From Tubulanus polymorphus (lineage: Eukaryota > Animalia > Nemertea): a stretch of 64,000 bases of DNA. The position numbers and the translations under genes are program-made. Below the pieces are notes generated by a model. That model searched no databases and was not told where the DNA came from. It saw only the letters and a list, made by a program, of their open reading frames with translations. The stretch lies in the NCBI RefSeq assembly GCF_964204645.1, contig NC_134029.1, positions 14,224,850 through 14,288,849 of the forward strand. The letters are read 5' to 3'. The first letter of the stretch is position 1, and each line of letters begins with the position of its first letter. Of the stretch, positions 27,451 to 41,248 are shown in pieces.

Positions 27451-28225
27451 TTTTTAGCCCACTTGGGACTTTAGTCCCAGCGGGCTATTGCGTTCACTTT
27501 TCATCCGGACGTCCGTCCGTCCGTCCGTCCGTCCGTCGACGGAATCCAATGTAATGTCTTGATATTTGGGTTACACATGTATCTATGGGTCTATCTATGT
27601 CTTAGCCACATATACCTAGACACATCGTCAGCCCAAAACTGGTTCTGTAAGAATCAAAATGGCCGACTAGCAGCTGTTGTTGATCTCCAAAATCAGCACT
27701 TTTACACTTTTTGAACTTTTTGAGGGAAATTTTGAAGACACTTTGACCAATTACCTTGATGTATTGTATAGATTTGAATGGCCGTCCTATGACCTTTTAA
27801 AATCCCGAAAATGTCAATTTTGGTCCGAATTCTGAGTCCTGTAGCTTCCTACTGGTTTGTTATTTCTCATTGCAATCGCTGATGGGTATTCTTTGGATAG
27901 GCTATTTTATACCTGGGATAGGTATTTTTCATCAGCCAATTATGAGGACCTTGGTGTCATCAGTACTCATTTGTAGGTGGGAAAAAGTTTTTCGACATTA
28001 TATTGATACCTAAGCAGATTTTGTTACCACAATGAAGTGGTAGCTTATAACGTATGCTATGATTGTGGTGAGTTTCAAGGTCATTGGTTTTTGTATATGG
28101 CCACCAGGGGGTGCACAATCAATTGCAAAGTTGTAGCTCATGATATCGTCTATGATTGTGGTGAGTTTCAAGGACATTAGTTATTCGAGGGGGCGTTGAA
28201 TAGTAGAATAACTTAGTATTTCCTA
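27451..28225 (+). mobile_element. HINE family 1 with intact 5' end
   Basis: TTTTTAGCCCACTTGGGACTTTAGTCCCAGCGGGC, (GTCC)n microsatellite, central repeats. Confidence 0.8.
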
Positions 28226-28393
28226 GTTCTGTCACTCCACAGAAAATTCAATTCATACTCTTGTGATTATCATAAGGGTTCTCTGTACCTTCACATAAAA
28301 TCCTATTGACGTTCTTGTGATGATAATTATTATTTCTTTCACACAGGTAAATCATGATTGATTAAACACTATATCCATATTAAAGCTAAGTAA

Positions 28394-28603
28394 AGAGAAT
28401 CCCACAATAATAACGAAAAAAACAAAAGTCCAAAAATGTAACTGAAGCTAGTAGTTTATTCAACGTTTTGACTATATCCTAATCTATATCCTATTCTTTA
28501 TTCCTGAAGATGACTATTAGGATATATTCGAAATGTTGAATAAACTACTAGCTTCAATTACATTTTTGGACTTTGTTTTTCCGTTATTATTGTGGGATTC
28601 TCT
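28394..28603. mobile_element. Penelope pLTR remnant in inverted arrangement
   Basis: ~90-bp arms; right arm homologous to 21641-21740, including CTGAAGATGACTATTAGGATAT. Confidence 0.8.
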
Positions 28604-29744
28604 CTACTATTTCTTTTTTCTGGTGCATAGTCTTTCTTACCCTGCCGATGTGTCCTATACGATCCTTCCATTTATAATCCTTTTGATCACTTTGAACTAA
28701 AAACTACGCCATCAATATTTTCAATCTGAGTAAAAGCACTGTCCAACCATAAACCATTATCCTCTAGACCTTAAGCCTCTAAACCCTAAACCCATGGACT
28801 TTTAAACCCTATTACTCCTAAACCCTAACTTTCTGAACCCTAAACGTATTAGGCCTATAGACTAAACCCTGGAAACCCTAAATGTATTGGCTCCCAGTTT
28901 TTGTTGATTCATTTTAGGATAAAGTCTACCAATAACAACAACAACAATACTGCACCCTTTTGGAAGACACTTAGTTACCCAACTAACATAGCAACATTTT
29001 TCATTAAATTACACAGCAACAATGCTGGTCTCCAAACACCTCACATCAGAAATTTCTGGATATCTGTGACCCCCTCCCCTTGTGAATTTAAATTCAATAT
29101 TTTTCTGTGGATATTCTCTGTTTTCCAGAATTGTTCTGCTTTTCGAAATAAAGGAAAAACTCTGGAATTCAGAATTTTCTGATTTTCTAAATTCAGAAAA
29201 ATTTTGGAATTCAGAATGTTGGCCCACTTGGGGCTTGATTTCCAGCAGGCTATTGCGTTCACTTTTTCTTAGTCCCTAGACTGAATCCAGTGATTTTGGG
29301 AAGTATTGAAGACCCTTCAATCTAATATCTTGATATTTGGTTTGTTAGGCCAGCCGTAGGCTGAGCTTATTACTGTACAAATTGGATTGAATTTAAATGA
29401 CAGAGGAATTGCCCTTTGACTATCCAACTGAGCAAATATTCATACAAATCAATCATTAAAGCTCAAAAAATCTCAAAAAATCCTACCCTTACTAAATTAC
29501 CACACGTGTGAATTTTTTCATGATTTCCCCCAAAATTCTAATTATTTCTGGGTCATCACAAATTTGTTTCATCCTCTTTCCATTGAACAAGTGCAGGATT
29601 AGCCATTTTAGTCGATATGAACTACAGCGCGTGGGTATAGACAGATGTTCTAAAAGTGTGTTGACTGCTGGCTCATAAGAGATTTTGTAACCATCAAAGA
29701 TCCAGGAGTCTATTAAACATTGGTTAGTAGGAAAGTAGACCTGT

Positions 29745-30545
29745 AGGAAAAAATGTCCCGGGAAAAAATGTCCCCGGATTTTGGTATCATCTCATTTTGC
29801 TTATATCATTGAGAACGTTTCAACTGAGTTGAAAAACAAAACCACTATTTCATGAGACAAACTTCAGGGTAATCCTGATAATCAAAAGGAACCATTATTG
29901 CATATCTTTGTGAAATAACTCAACTCAACAAACTTGGTTATTAGTTAAAAGAGGAACAAGCTTTATCTAAGTGAACACGATTATCATTATTATTAGATCA
30001 AACCGATTATTTCATGAGAGAATGATAATCTCTGATAATCAAAGGGTACGGTAATTAGTGTACATAATCAAAGGAGTAACTCAACTCTTCAACCCGACAG
30101 CATGTGATTTGACTTCACTTTAATTTACATTGTTTCCTTTGATTAATGGGTGACTAGTTAGTATCAGTTATGATATTATATAGTTAAAACTAACTTAAAG
30201 AAAAAGAAAAGAAAAGTCGATATAATGAATGATTTTTATAGAAACTGAAGCATATACCACCTTTTGTACTGGAGAATAAAATATTAGATAGAAGTGAGTA
30301 TTGAAGTATTGAGTATTGAGTAAGTGAATAAGAAAAACATCAATAAGTAAACATATTTACCGTAACTGATTTCTGATTTGATGTGAACTTCAATGAATTA
30401 CCAAGTTATTAATGATAGATTGGGACATCTTTTCTTACTTTACAAATAAAACAATTTTTCCTGCGACATGTTCCCATGTACATTTTTTTCCCTGGGACAT
30501 TTTTTCCGCGGACATATTTTCCGCGGACATTTTTTCCCGGGAGAT
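29745..30545. mobile_element. Non-autonomous element with inverted 15-bp terminal repeats
   Basis: GGAAAAAATGTCCC units at the left end, GGACATTTTTTCC units at the right end. Confidence 0.55.
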
Positions 30546-30554
30546 TTTTGTGCA

Positions 30555-31860
30555 TGGAGTTTTTTTCATAATTTTTCCGAAACCGAAAACTCAACTTGAC
30601 AAATGCAAGTGATGGATACAGTGCTGCTGTCGACCTCTTGATCAGTTCAATGTGACTAAGATTTCAAAAAACACGTTCATATGCAGCAAACGTTTTGTTG
30701 GGGGCAGGGGCCAACTTCAGATCACTGTGATCCATTACCAGCAACAGCATGCAACTACGGGCCAGGTAAAGTACTCTTTATTATTATGAAAATACATCAA
30801 AGTACAATGTGAAAGTACATCAACTGGGCCTATATTGTTCTCATAAATGGCAAATGATAACTGGAAATCATTAGCAATGAATTCTTAACGTTTTTTTTTT
30901 AATAATAAACTTCTGATTATCATGTTATTTAGGTGAAAAAATTCTGTCGCAAACGACGCAAGGCATCTACACCTCCTGGATCAAGTTCTCCGACTAGTGA
31001 AAGGAAACGACTAAATGATGAACGAGATGCTGCTTTAAGTCTCCTAGATTTGAGTTCTATTTTAACAACCCAATCTGAAATTAATGACGCTGAAGCTTCA
31101 ACCCAAGAGTTTTTGGATTCATCGGTAAATTTCCTAATGTAGGTCCATCCATTTTACTTTTACTTTCATACGATGTCATTCCTTTCAAATTATCCGAATT
31201 GGGCCGTCAATATTTACAACATGGTTACAATTTCATTACTGTCATTTTAATGATATGCATTCTGTTATGTTTCCTGACCTTACCGTTCTCCGTCATTTTC
31301 TACCAAAATCATTCAAGGGATTCAAGAATGTAAGATGCAGTGTTGACTGTACTAAATTCTTCTGTGAAATGCCTCGAGACTTCACTAGACAAGGGAATTT
31401 GTATTCCAACTACAGGCACCATCACACATTTAAAAGTCTTATTGCTGTGGCCCCAAATAGAACAAATGTATTTGTTTCCAAGTTATTTGAAGGCGCATTG
31501 AGTGATCGAGAAATATTTATAAAATGTGGGCTTCTTGATTATTTAAATCCGGGTGATCTCCTCTTGGTGGATAGGGGATTCACTGTACAGGACCTATTGC
31601 TCTCTAGACAAGTTGATATGAATATCCCGACATTTTTACAAGGTAGAGATAAACTGACACTACAGGAGGAATTGTTGACAAGAAAAATAGCAAAATCTAG
31701 GATTCATGTTGAATGGTTCAAAGAAAGGATTAAAAAAGTTAAAAGATTAATATCCGGTATTATGCCACTTAGTATGACACCCTTAGCCACCCTTAGCCAC
31801 CCAAGCTGTATTTGTTGCCCGTTGTCTTGTCAACTAACGTCGAAGAACTGCTAGCAATAT
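30555..31860 (+). pseudogene. ISL2EU/Harbinger transposase remnant (THAP plus DDE_Tnp_4)
   Basis: FIIFPKP...KCK*WIQCCCR...FICSKRFVGGRGPT THAP exon with GTAAAG donor; VDCTKFF...YSNYRHHHTFK...VDRGF...IAKSRIHVE nuclease. Confidence 0.85.
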
Positions 31861-31925
31861 AGAAATGTTACAACATAAATATGTATCACGTGAAGTTTTT
31901 ATTTCATACAGTTTAATCCATTTAA

Positions 31926-32980
31926 CCCTTTCAATACCACATAGTGTCTCCACTGCTGTACCGGAGGGAATTTAGGGGTTTATAGGGGTATATTTGAAAC
32001 TTCATAGAATTAGTTACCAAGGTATCTGACACAGAAAATTTATAGAGTATGTTGTTGATAACTTTTGGGCCAACAATGTAGAAATAAATAATTTGGATAT
32101 AAGTGAACTTGAGGTCAAGGTCACATACTACAAGATGGCCGCCATGAAAAAAATTCACGAAAAAGTTTCAGATAAACAACTCTGTCTCCCAGCAAAATGC
32201 ACTGATCTATTCAATTCCAACTGAAATTGTATGCCATATATCCTTACTTTATGTAGTAAAAATTTCAAAGCAATAGAACAACATTAAAAAATTTATTTTT
32301 CCACTCATTTACCAACTTCTCCATCGATATGTCGGAAGGCCGGATGTAAGGGGTTTCATTGGGGTATAATTTCAGGCCTCAGAAAATTGTTACCTATGTA
32401 TTTGACACTGATACATTGTATACCATGGTGTTGATAACCATTGGGCTTACAAATAAGACAAATAATTTGGATATATGTGACCTTGAGGACCTATGTATTT
32501 GACACTGATACATTGTATACCATGGTGTTGATAACCATTGGGCTTACAAATAAGACAAATAATTTGGATATATGTGACCTTGAGGATGGACAGTTTCTGG
32601 TTCTTCATTATTGTGATTGGTGTCCGTTGCCATGACAACCGTATCAACAGGGTCTAAACAAATTGTCACATCATCTCAACTGCTCATCATCTGAACTGCT
32701 GCTGTCATATTCGTTGTCACTCTCAATTTGTTTACTACCAAATTCCAAGTCACCAGCATCACTGTCAGCATCATATACGAGCTGCTGTACCGTTTCATCC
32801 AGCCAAATTGTTTTTCCCTGGCTGTTGCCATCTTGGATTTTATGCAGATGGCAGCACCGGCTGATACTGATAGATATGCCCTTCTAGAAGAAGGGTTAAG
32901 TGATACCGTATCACATACAGTACGGGTATGCTAGCTTGTCAATTTGTACCGTATGCCATACTGTAGTGGTATTGTAAGGG
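31926..32980 (-). mobile_element. Non-autonomous piggyBac derivative
   Basis: TTAA on both sides; TIR CCCTT(T/A)CAATACCAC; acidic N-terminal remnant (DADSDAGDLEF...DSSSSDDE); internal ~97-bp tandem duplication. Confidence 0.85.
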
Positions 32981-33139
32981 TTAACAAATCTGAAATACAT
33001 GCAAAATATAAATGTACAATATATGTTCAGAATATACAAAATGAAATTATTATATAAATACATGCATTTATGTTCATTTATTTTAGCTCAGGATTAATGG
33101 GATTAGATTTCTAGATACTCTCATGTCCATTAACCCATA

Positions 33140-33368
33140 ATTATTATTTTGTGGATCATAAACAAACCATCGGAACTACAGGCTAGTTGAGGATAAGTGC
33201 GGGATACCCATAGCCCTGTCTTCGTGACCACATCATGATTTACGGAAGCATAATCCAATTTGGTTTGACCTTCGAAGTCAATGCCTCTTTGCATGTTATC
33301 TGATCCATACAGTGTCTCATATCGCTTCTTTGGCTGTTGAAGCTGTCATTCTCATAAACATGGATTTC

Positions 33369-33434
<66 letters not shown>

Positions 33435-34050
33435 GAAATCTATGTTTCAGTAACTGATTGATCCTCTGTATTGTCTATCATTATGGAATGTAAATGTTCT
33501 AAATTTCCGGAGGGGGACAGGTTGTTCTTCAATTGGCACAATAACTGGTAAAGTATGTCTCGCCTGTAATCTGTCAAAAGTCTTAAAAATCTTATCATTG
33601 TACTTGTAAATAAGAACAGTTTCCCACATACATTTGACATTTTTAGCCTGATTTGCCTTTTGCAAATCGCACAGAAATCCGTCTGAAACCAACCGCTGAT
33701 TGAGAAGGTCTGGATCGAAGTTGATAACTGCATTTTCGCGAGTTGATTTGATTTCGTCGACTTAAAAACTGCTTCATTTATACAAGATGGTCGTTTTTTT
33801 TTCTGCCTTTTTTCTACTTACATGGTAGGTCAGTACACGCCGGGTGTTTTGTCCAACATGCACCTACTTAAATATGACGCTATAAAGTGACAACTGGCAT
33901 TACGGACAGCCCCACTTGTCATTGATAAGGTCACAGTAACACTTTATTGAATGTCTTCGCAAACACCAGTAACAGACAATGTTGGCATGGATCTTGTTGG
34001 CATCTATCTTGACATCAATTTCAACCCCCATGGCTAACGCTTCTTTGCAC
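33140..34050 (-). pseudogene. YqaJ-like exonuclease remnant (second ISL2EU gene)
   Basis: RMTASTAK, MQRGIDFE and GLWVSRTYPQLACSSDGL motifs; convergent with the transposase; interrupted by (AT)n. Confidence 0.7.
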
Positions 34051-34099
34051 CTAAAAACAGACAATATTAAAAACAAGTTTTAAAAAGGAATACGGACTC

Positions 34100-35400
34100 G
34101 GATAAGCCTAGTCCGCCACACCACCACCTCCCTAAAATGAGTCGAGGCCGTGGCTCGACTCCTGGAAAAGATGTACAACTAAACGTTCGGATTACCGGCA
34201 CAGTCTTATAAATTTTAATGTTCTGCTAAATTGTTCGCAATGGATGCCGTTTCCTCCATTCCACTTTGAACCAGTTTGATCTCCCTGTTTTGGCCTCCTA
34301 TAGCTGGACTTGTCCCCAACCTAGGCCTTCGGTGTGGGGGTACATACTTAACAGGCTCGGGGCACTCTAATTTGTCGGGTTTGCTCTGCCCCTTGAGTGA
34401 CCCGAGGCTCCATTTCCCGCCCTCTGCACACAATCTCTTGCTTAGGGGCCAGGTGCCCCACATTCGTGGCATATGACCTGGGGACATCGACTCGCGGGGT
34501 GGTCCGGGGCTCTGCAACGCCAACACAGGTCTACATTCCTGGATGGAATGTTTTGTCGTCTCAGACCACTTCCCCGCGTGGAGAGGTCGGCAACGGTAGT
34601 CTCCAGTGTCTCCATGTGGGTGGATAGGCTCCGTACCAACCCCACCAACTCGCTCATTAGGCCTTCATTTTCAGGGGTCGGGTGCACCTGGTTGACAGTC
34701 CGCTTTGGCTTCGAATCCTGTTTTTCGATAAGACGGCGGGCTGATTCGTGGCCACGGGCTGTCCTTACTGCCTCTGCCAGGGTCTGTGGCTGTGAAACGT
34801 AGAGCGACTCCTTAGCATGGGGTGCTAGATTCACTCCGCGCAAAAACTGGTCCTTGGCCAGTTCGTCTTGGAGGTCTGGACATATCCCTGGATAGGCGCT
34901 CTGAACCAGGTCCGTCAACGCATCAGAAAAATGACCTAAGCTCTCCTGACTTTTCTGTTCGCAGGATTTGAGCATCATTTTGAAGTCCCTGACAACTGAA
35001 GTCGGCATAGGGTATATCACTGTCCAGCCGAAGATTCTTGACAGCCCTGTACGACTCGTGGTCGAGGTTCATCAAGATGTGTTGTTTTCTTACATCGCCA
35101 TTGTCCAGGACGCGGCTGATTTTCATCATGTCTGCGTAGGTGTCGAAACGTTCCAGCCATATGCGAAAATTGTTCCCTATGCTGTACGTCTTCGGAGCTG
35201 TTACCCTCACCTTAGTATCCCCCTGGTCATGGCCCTCCCTATTCATGTTCTTAGACATAAACTTGGTCAGCGAGTGTAAAAATTCGCCAACCCGGGGGGC
35301 TGTCAGTGTCAACATCGCTTGTATCTATGTCAGGATTTGGCTCTTGAAAACTGTCGGCAGTGGCCATAATGCTTAAAATAAACAGGGGCAGTAGTAAATA
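34100..35400 (-). mobile_element. Gypsy gag remnant, paralogous to 22300-23320
   Basis: ORFs 34923-35315 and 34442-35020 (frameshifted); CWRCRAPDHPASRC knuckle; WLERF motif shared. Confidence 0.85.
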
Positions 35401-36860
35401 AGATAATAGATAACAGCTATATGAGAAAAATATGTAACCTAAGGTCTTGCCCGGATAGGTATCTACTCAGTGAACAGGTTAACACTTCTCGTAGGCCTAA
35501 TTGTATCAACCGACCGCAAAAACAATCGTTATAATCTGCAAGAGAGTAGGATTGCCAACCACAAACGGTGTCAATGTAATTCCTAATTAAGTATTGCTAA
35601 CTATGGAAAGTGTCAATGTTATTCTACGAGAGAAATCTCGGGAAACGTTGACGAAATATTCACCTCCTGTTGTTGGTAGCGAGCCAACTCGTATCAGCTT
35701 CAATTTTCGCGTCGAATCTTCAGTGGATCTAACCAATCAGAGCTACGTGCACCTGCTACGGAGTCCTGTCGATAGACTGTTTAGTAACACATTCTCCTTG
35801 CCAAACTTGTATTCTAAATCTTTATCGTATGAAAATAGAAATATTAATTTGAAAATATTTTTCATTCTAAAATTGATTTTTGGTGCACCAGTGCTTATTT
35901 TGGTGAATAAAATGTGCGTATGAATATTCGGATGAATTCTATGCAATACTAGTCTTATTTGCAAATAGAAAACACCGAACAGGTGAACTAGCATTGTTTA
36001 GGAAATAACTAATCGTCATTCGTCGACATTGCTCGATAAGGCTTATCAACAGTGATCCCCTCTTTGCATGGGCATCGTGTGGGGAGGACGAGCATTATGG
36101 ATGCCTTTGGTCATGTCTGATTCCCGGGTGCGGCTGCGGCTGCCGCAGTCTTCAGACACAATATGGCGATGGAATCGGTCTAACTTGACTGCGAAATTAT
36201 CGGTATAGAATCTGGTGCAATGTTGCAGCTCTGTCGTTGGATTTGCAATGCACCGATGTAACTGTTATGGTTTATTCTTCAAACAATGAACGAATCTACT
36301 CGTATATTACAGATTGCATCCCTCTTTCGTTTACTGATAATTTAATCTTCAACTAATCATCCCATCCTTGCACTTCATAAGGCTGTGGTAAAATCTCTTG
36401 GCCAATGGGCAATTATTATTCGGAATGAAATGAACTTAATCGATTTTCATTTAAGTTGTTCAGTCTAATTATTATTTATTATTATTAAGAAGTCTTTGAA
36501 AATGATAGACATTGGTTCTATAACCGGCCATATTTCACTCGAAAGCAAAACAAATCGATCTGACGTATTTGTTCCTGCCTACCACTGTCGGAGGCGTCAA
36601 GTCTCACCGTAGTATCCAGGGCAGTTGTTAAAGCAAGCAGATTCGCATAATTTAATGAGTAGTAGAATGAATAATGTAATATGTTTTCATCGATATTATA
36701 AAAAACTGTACCTCAAGAGTCTAGTAAGATAAGTCATTTATTTGTTGTTGGAACGACATTTCGTTCACAAGAACACATGCCCTGTTACATATATTCAAAA
36801 TATTTGTATATTAGCAAACTTGTATCTGCAAAAGCACGTCTCATATGTGGACTAGTTTAA

Positions 36861-37131
36861 CCCTTTCAGTGCGGTGTATAAATCAATGATAGATTTTGCT
36901 AGTTCACCGTACTGCAGTGTATTGATGTAATTAGTAATTAGTAATTATCTCTCTTGAAAAAGGCAGCGCCTGTCAAACATAGTGAAATGCTAGTAACTAA
37001 CGATACACCGCTCCGCGGTGTAGACGCACCATAGTGGTAATTCTGTTATTCAACACACTAGGATGGAATTTCTAAAAATTTTCAAATTATCTCTAGCGCT
37101 ATAGGGTATTAATTAGTCAGCACTGAAAAGG
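36861..37131. mobile_element. piggyBac-type MITE
   Basis: TTAA-CCCTTTCAGTGC...GCACTGAAAAGG-TTAA. Confidence 0.8.
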
Positions 37132-37710
37132 TTAAGTTTTCCAGGAAATTGCAACTGATTTAACTACCAGGTTTTGTAAATGATTCACGGCTGTGAAAAG
37201 CATTAAATTTTGTAGGAGGGCAGTGAAATTGGGAAAGGGGGCTGTGAGTCTTTGAAAGTCATAAACAAACTTCATACACAGTGTATGTTTGTCATAAATG
37301 AAATTGTTCAGCATCCAGGTTCAGCACTATGCACGTGGAGTGAGTCTGTTCTAGTCAGTGGGGATAACTGACTACCGTATATATTCATTTGAATGCGGTT
37401 GTGTGTGATATCATTTCTAGGGAGATACCCTCAATGGATGGATTTGCATTCTTGATTCAATTAAAGGGAGACATGTTTTCTTTATACTTTCTGTTCTTAT
37501 TTTGATCTAATTATCTGCAAAAAGTCAGAGTATATTTACTGCAGTTTAATTTTGGTACTGGATTAAACATACATCATCAAGTGAAATCAAATGTAAAAGT
37601 AAAGTAAGAATTTTGTTTCTTGTTTAGAATATATTGAAAGTCTTTGGAGTGAGAATTCAAAGATAATAGGGAACAATCAAGTTTATTTTCGCAACACCAC
37701 TAAAATTCAC

Positions 37711-37884
37711 TGGTTCCTGAACTTCGCTGAAAAAGCTGAAACACTGAAACGCTGAAATTTCAGAGAATTTCTGAAAAACGCAGAAATTTCAGGGATTTCC
37801 TGAAAAACGCTTTTTCGGAAATTCCCTGAAATTTCGGCGTTTTTGTTTCAGCGTTTCAGCTTTTTCAGCGAAGTTCAGGAACCG
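37711..37884. mobile_element. Mutator-like MITE (174 bp)
   Basis: TIR GGTTCCTGAACTTCGCTGAAAAAGCTGAAAC; 9-bp TSD AAAATTCAC. Confidence 0.85.
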
Positions 37885-38580
37885 AAAATTCACATTAAGA
37901 TACTAAGCAAGATGGTCGGAAAAAATGGCCAAGGTATTTCCTATGAGAACTGATAGTATTCTAAAGGGGCACTCAGGTCACCCTTACAACTGCGACTACA
38001 ACTGGAAACGACTGATTTATGAAACTAGCAGCGATCGTCTGCGACTGGTTTTTCATGGGCTTGCATGCTTGCAAACCCATATTGCTATCACGCAAGCTTT
38101 CAGTACAACCATGTCAGCAAGCCCATTTTTAGAATTTCTTTCTTGTTGCCAGTTGCAGCGACCTGAGCGCGTCTACAACTGACAGCGGCGGGTCGGTGAT
38201 GGAAAAACTGCCACTAGTTGTGCAGCGTTTTTGTCGACCTGAGCACCTGTGCGCCGGTTTCCAATATCCAATTATAGTGACCTTCACTTTGCCGCTGTTT
38301 ATGGGTTCGAGTTCTACATTATAATGTTTAACATTTTATTTAGGCCCTTTTTGTCAATATGTCACCCCGATATACATTTGTTAAGTGGTACACTCAATAT
38401 CGAAATGAATTACTTAGATATCTTACTAGATGAAGTACATTTACAGTAATAATAATAATTATTATAATAATAATAATGTGATATTACTTATAAATATTGT
38501 GTCAATATGTTCATTATAGTAATCAACATGTCAGACTGCTCAATATGTGTAATTAGCTGTAGTCAGTGCTCATCATTAAA

Positions 38581-39560
38581 TATAGCTGCAAAGCAGCGAT
38601 AACGGGTTTTGTGCACAGTCCTGTTCAACGGTCAACACAGTTTTATAAAAGGAAGGTTGACAAGCAGTCAATTATACCTACTTGAAGCCATGGAAGACTG
38701 GACCAGATGGTCTTATTTGACTCTGGAAAATCGACTGTTAGGCCCTAATTAGTATTTATGGATTTCGACACAAAGCATTTGATAAGGTACTACATCAGTT
38801 ATTACTAAACAAGCTATTTGGAAACAGTATCAATAATGGATCGCTCAATTGACTCGGCAGCAATATCTGAAAGGTGGCTGAAATCAAGGGTACGCCTCAT
38901 CTTGGAATTGGAATAAGTCGGTCTAACTAAGGGAGTTACGCAAGGTAGTATCCAAAGTCCTCTTCACTGTTGCTATAAATCATATACACAGTAATCCAAA
39001 ATGTACCAGACCGAGTAAATTTCCATAACGACCTAAACAAGCTGTGTTCCAACATGGAAGATGGGCTTCAACCTAAAAGGCATGATATGGATATTGGATA
39101 CAAAGAACACCCAGGTTCAGATTATACCCTTTTGTTTGAGTGAGAAGATTATTTTGTTCGAATAAAGATAACTCATCATAACAGAAGACCATTTAGTTCC
39201 ATCAGAATCTTGTTTGAAACGAAAAACGCTTCAATCTAACAATATACTTGTTCGAACAAAAAACTTTCGTACGAATGAAAACGATTCTATTCTATCGATT
39301 GATATGCTTTTACATTCGAACTAAAACTTTTCTTTGTTCCAACAAAAAACTTTTTCGAATGAAAGGCTGTTATTGTTCAAACGAAAAACTTTAAGTGCCG
39401 ACAAAAAAATTTGTTGAGCAAAAACAATTTTATTCGAATAGATGTTTGAATGAAAACGATTCTGTTCAATCGAACAATTTGTTCAAACAAAAAACCTTTC
39501 GTTTAAAAAAAAATTTGTTTGGACGAAAACGACTTTCTTCGACGAAATTTTCAGTGAAAA
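38581..39560. mobile_element. HINE family 2 copy (one end, RT fragment, minisatellite)
   Basis: TATAGCTGCAAAGCAGCGATAACGGGTTTT end; AAAGCATTTGATAAGG RT remnant; TTGTTCGAAC repeats. Confidence 0.7.
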
Positions 39561-40999
39561 TCTTCATTTTTGCCAATAAAATATTGTTGATAATTGTGAT
39601 TGACCATTGGAAGTCAGAACCTATCGCGTCCGTGCTTTAATCTACTAAGATCGCTTACGAGGCGATTAACTTCGATAACCAATGTTTGCCCTAGTGGCGA
39701 TCTCTTTGTCCGACTACTTTCTGACTGCTGCTGCAGCTGGACTGTATCATTGAATAACGTCAGATAAAATTGTGTGCTAATCGTGTGATTCGAAGCTAAC
39801 TCAGTGCATCGATTGGTACGGTGCCTTGTCCGACACCGGGTATCCTCAGGGGAAAACCCGGTTACTATTTATACTGAAAGTAAAGAAATTTCGTGGTTTT
39901 TTGGAAAATTCTGCGAATCCGTCGTTCCGTGATATGACAACACCGGTTGATGAGGGTCTTTCTTTTCATTTTTTCCCTTTTGGCTCACTACTCTATTGTT
40001 TTTTAGTGCTGTCTTTGCTCTTGTCCTGTGTTCCTTATTTTTATTTTCTGTATTTGTCAATGTTTGTTGTGCACCTCAAGTTGAACACTTCATTCTTTCT
40101 AATACAATCCTGAAAAGAGTCATTCACCTTGAATGGTGTATTCAATTGACTGTCATAGAGAGTTGGCTGGTGTGACATAGTAAACAATGATGTCAGGTGA
40201 TCTCTGAGTTTTGACAGTTCCAATACAGTTGAATATAGTAGGAATCTACTAATAATTTTCAATATGTAGAATATCTGTAGCAATATCTAAGAACCGTCCC
40301 TCACAGCGTTTCTGAGTTTCGCTGCGGGTATATAGCAGGTATAGCTATATATAGACAAATTAATCTGATGAATGGACGGTACCGTATGATCCACTGTAGC
40401 CTGTGCAGTGAAAAAAGTATCAATATGTAGTAACATATATTTAACTATACTGTTTCCTTCCCCGTCTAAACCGGTATTGTAGGGGCAGATTCACAGTGTA
40501 TTCCAAATATTCCAGATACACTCGAAAGTTTCGAGTTGCTCTTCAAAATTTCGCAAAATTTCGTCCCAAAAATTTCAGTATTACTATTAAGCTGTCAAAA
40601 GGCGCATAACAAATCTCCATATGGATGTTGTGGCATTTCAGAGGTCAATCTTTTTATTCAGATGGCCTTAGAAGCCTACCTTATATTTCTAAAAAAATCC
40701 TAGGACAGGTTTCCCAAACCTGGCTCATTTTAAACGAAATAAGATTTTGATGATTTATGAATAATTTACTTAATTACCGATTGAAATCGTTTTTATTCAT
40801 ACGTAAGAATATCTGACTAATTTTGAAATCCGTGAAAGACTGTCATAGCGACCGAAACATATTTTCAGTCACCGCAACATATTTTCAGTCTTTTTTTAAT
40901 TTTTCGCAAAATGTAGATTAGTATATTATGGATGATGCCTATAGCCATTACATCATCAAGAAATGAAGATTTCATCAGCAGAAACCGGTAATAATATGT

Positions 41000-41248
41000 G
41001 TATTAGAAGTATTAAGCCACGCGACAGGCTTCTCTGACAGCATCGGCCCACGTTTTCTGCTTTCCGTTTTTGGTCTGACATCAGACTTCGGGTTTGCCCA
41101 AGGCCACTCCGATGGCCACAAAGATACTCGTGCTTCTTCTTTACCCCACTTGGAGTTAACTTGTTGCTCATTCCGTCGATTTGGCAGCTAAAATACACCA
41201 ATGATGAAAGTAGCCCTCTGGCATGAAAAATGACTGACGAAAAATAAG
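41000..41248 (-). pseudogene. NRF-1/Erect-wing-like DNA-binding domain remnant
   Basis: KWGKEEARVSLWPSEWPWANPKSDVR, then after a frameshift KQKTWADAVR, compared with recalled NRF-1 GWGKESCKPIWWPEDIPWANVRSDVRTEEQKQRVSWTQALR. Confidence 0.65.
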
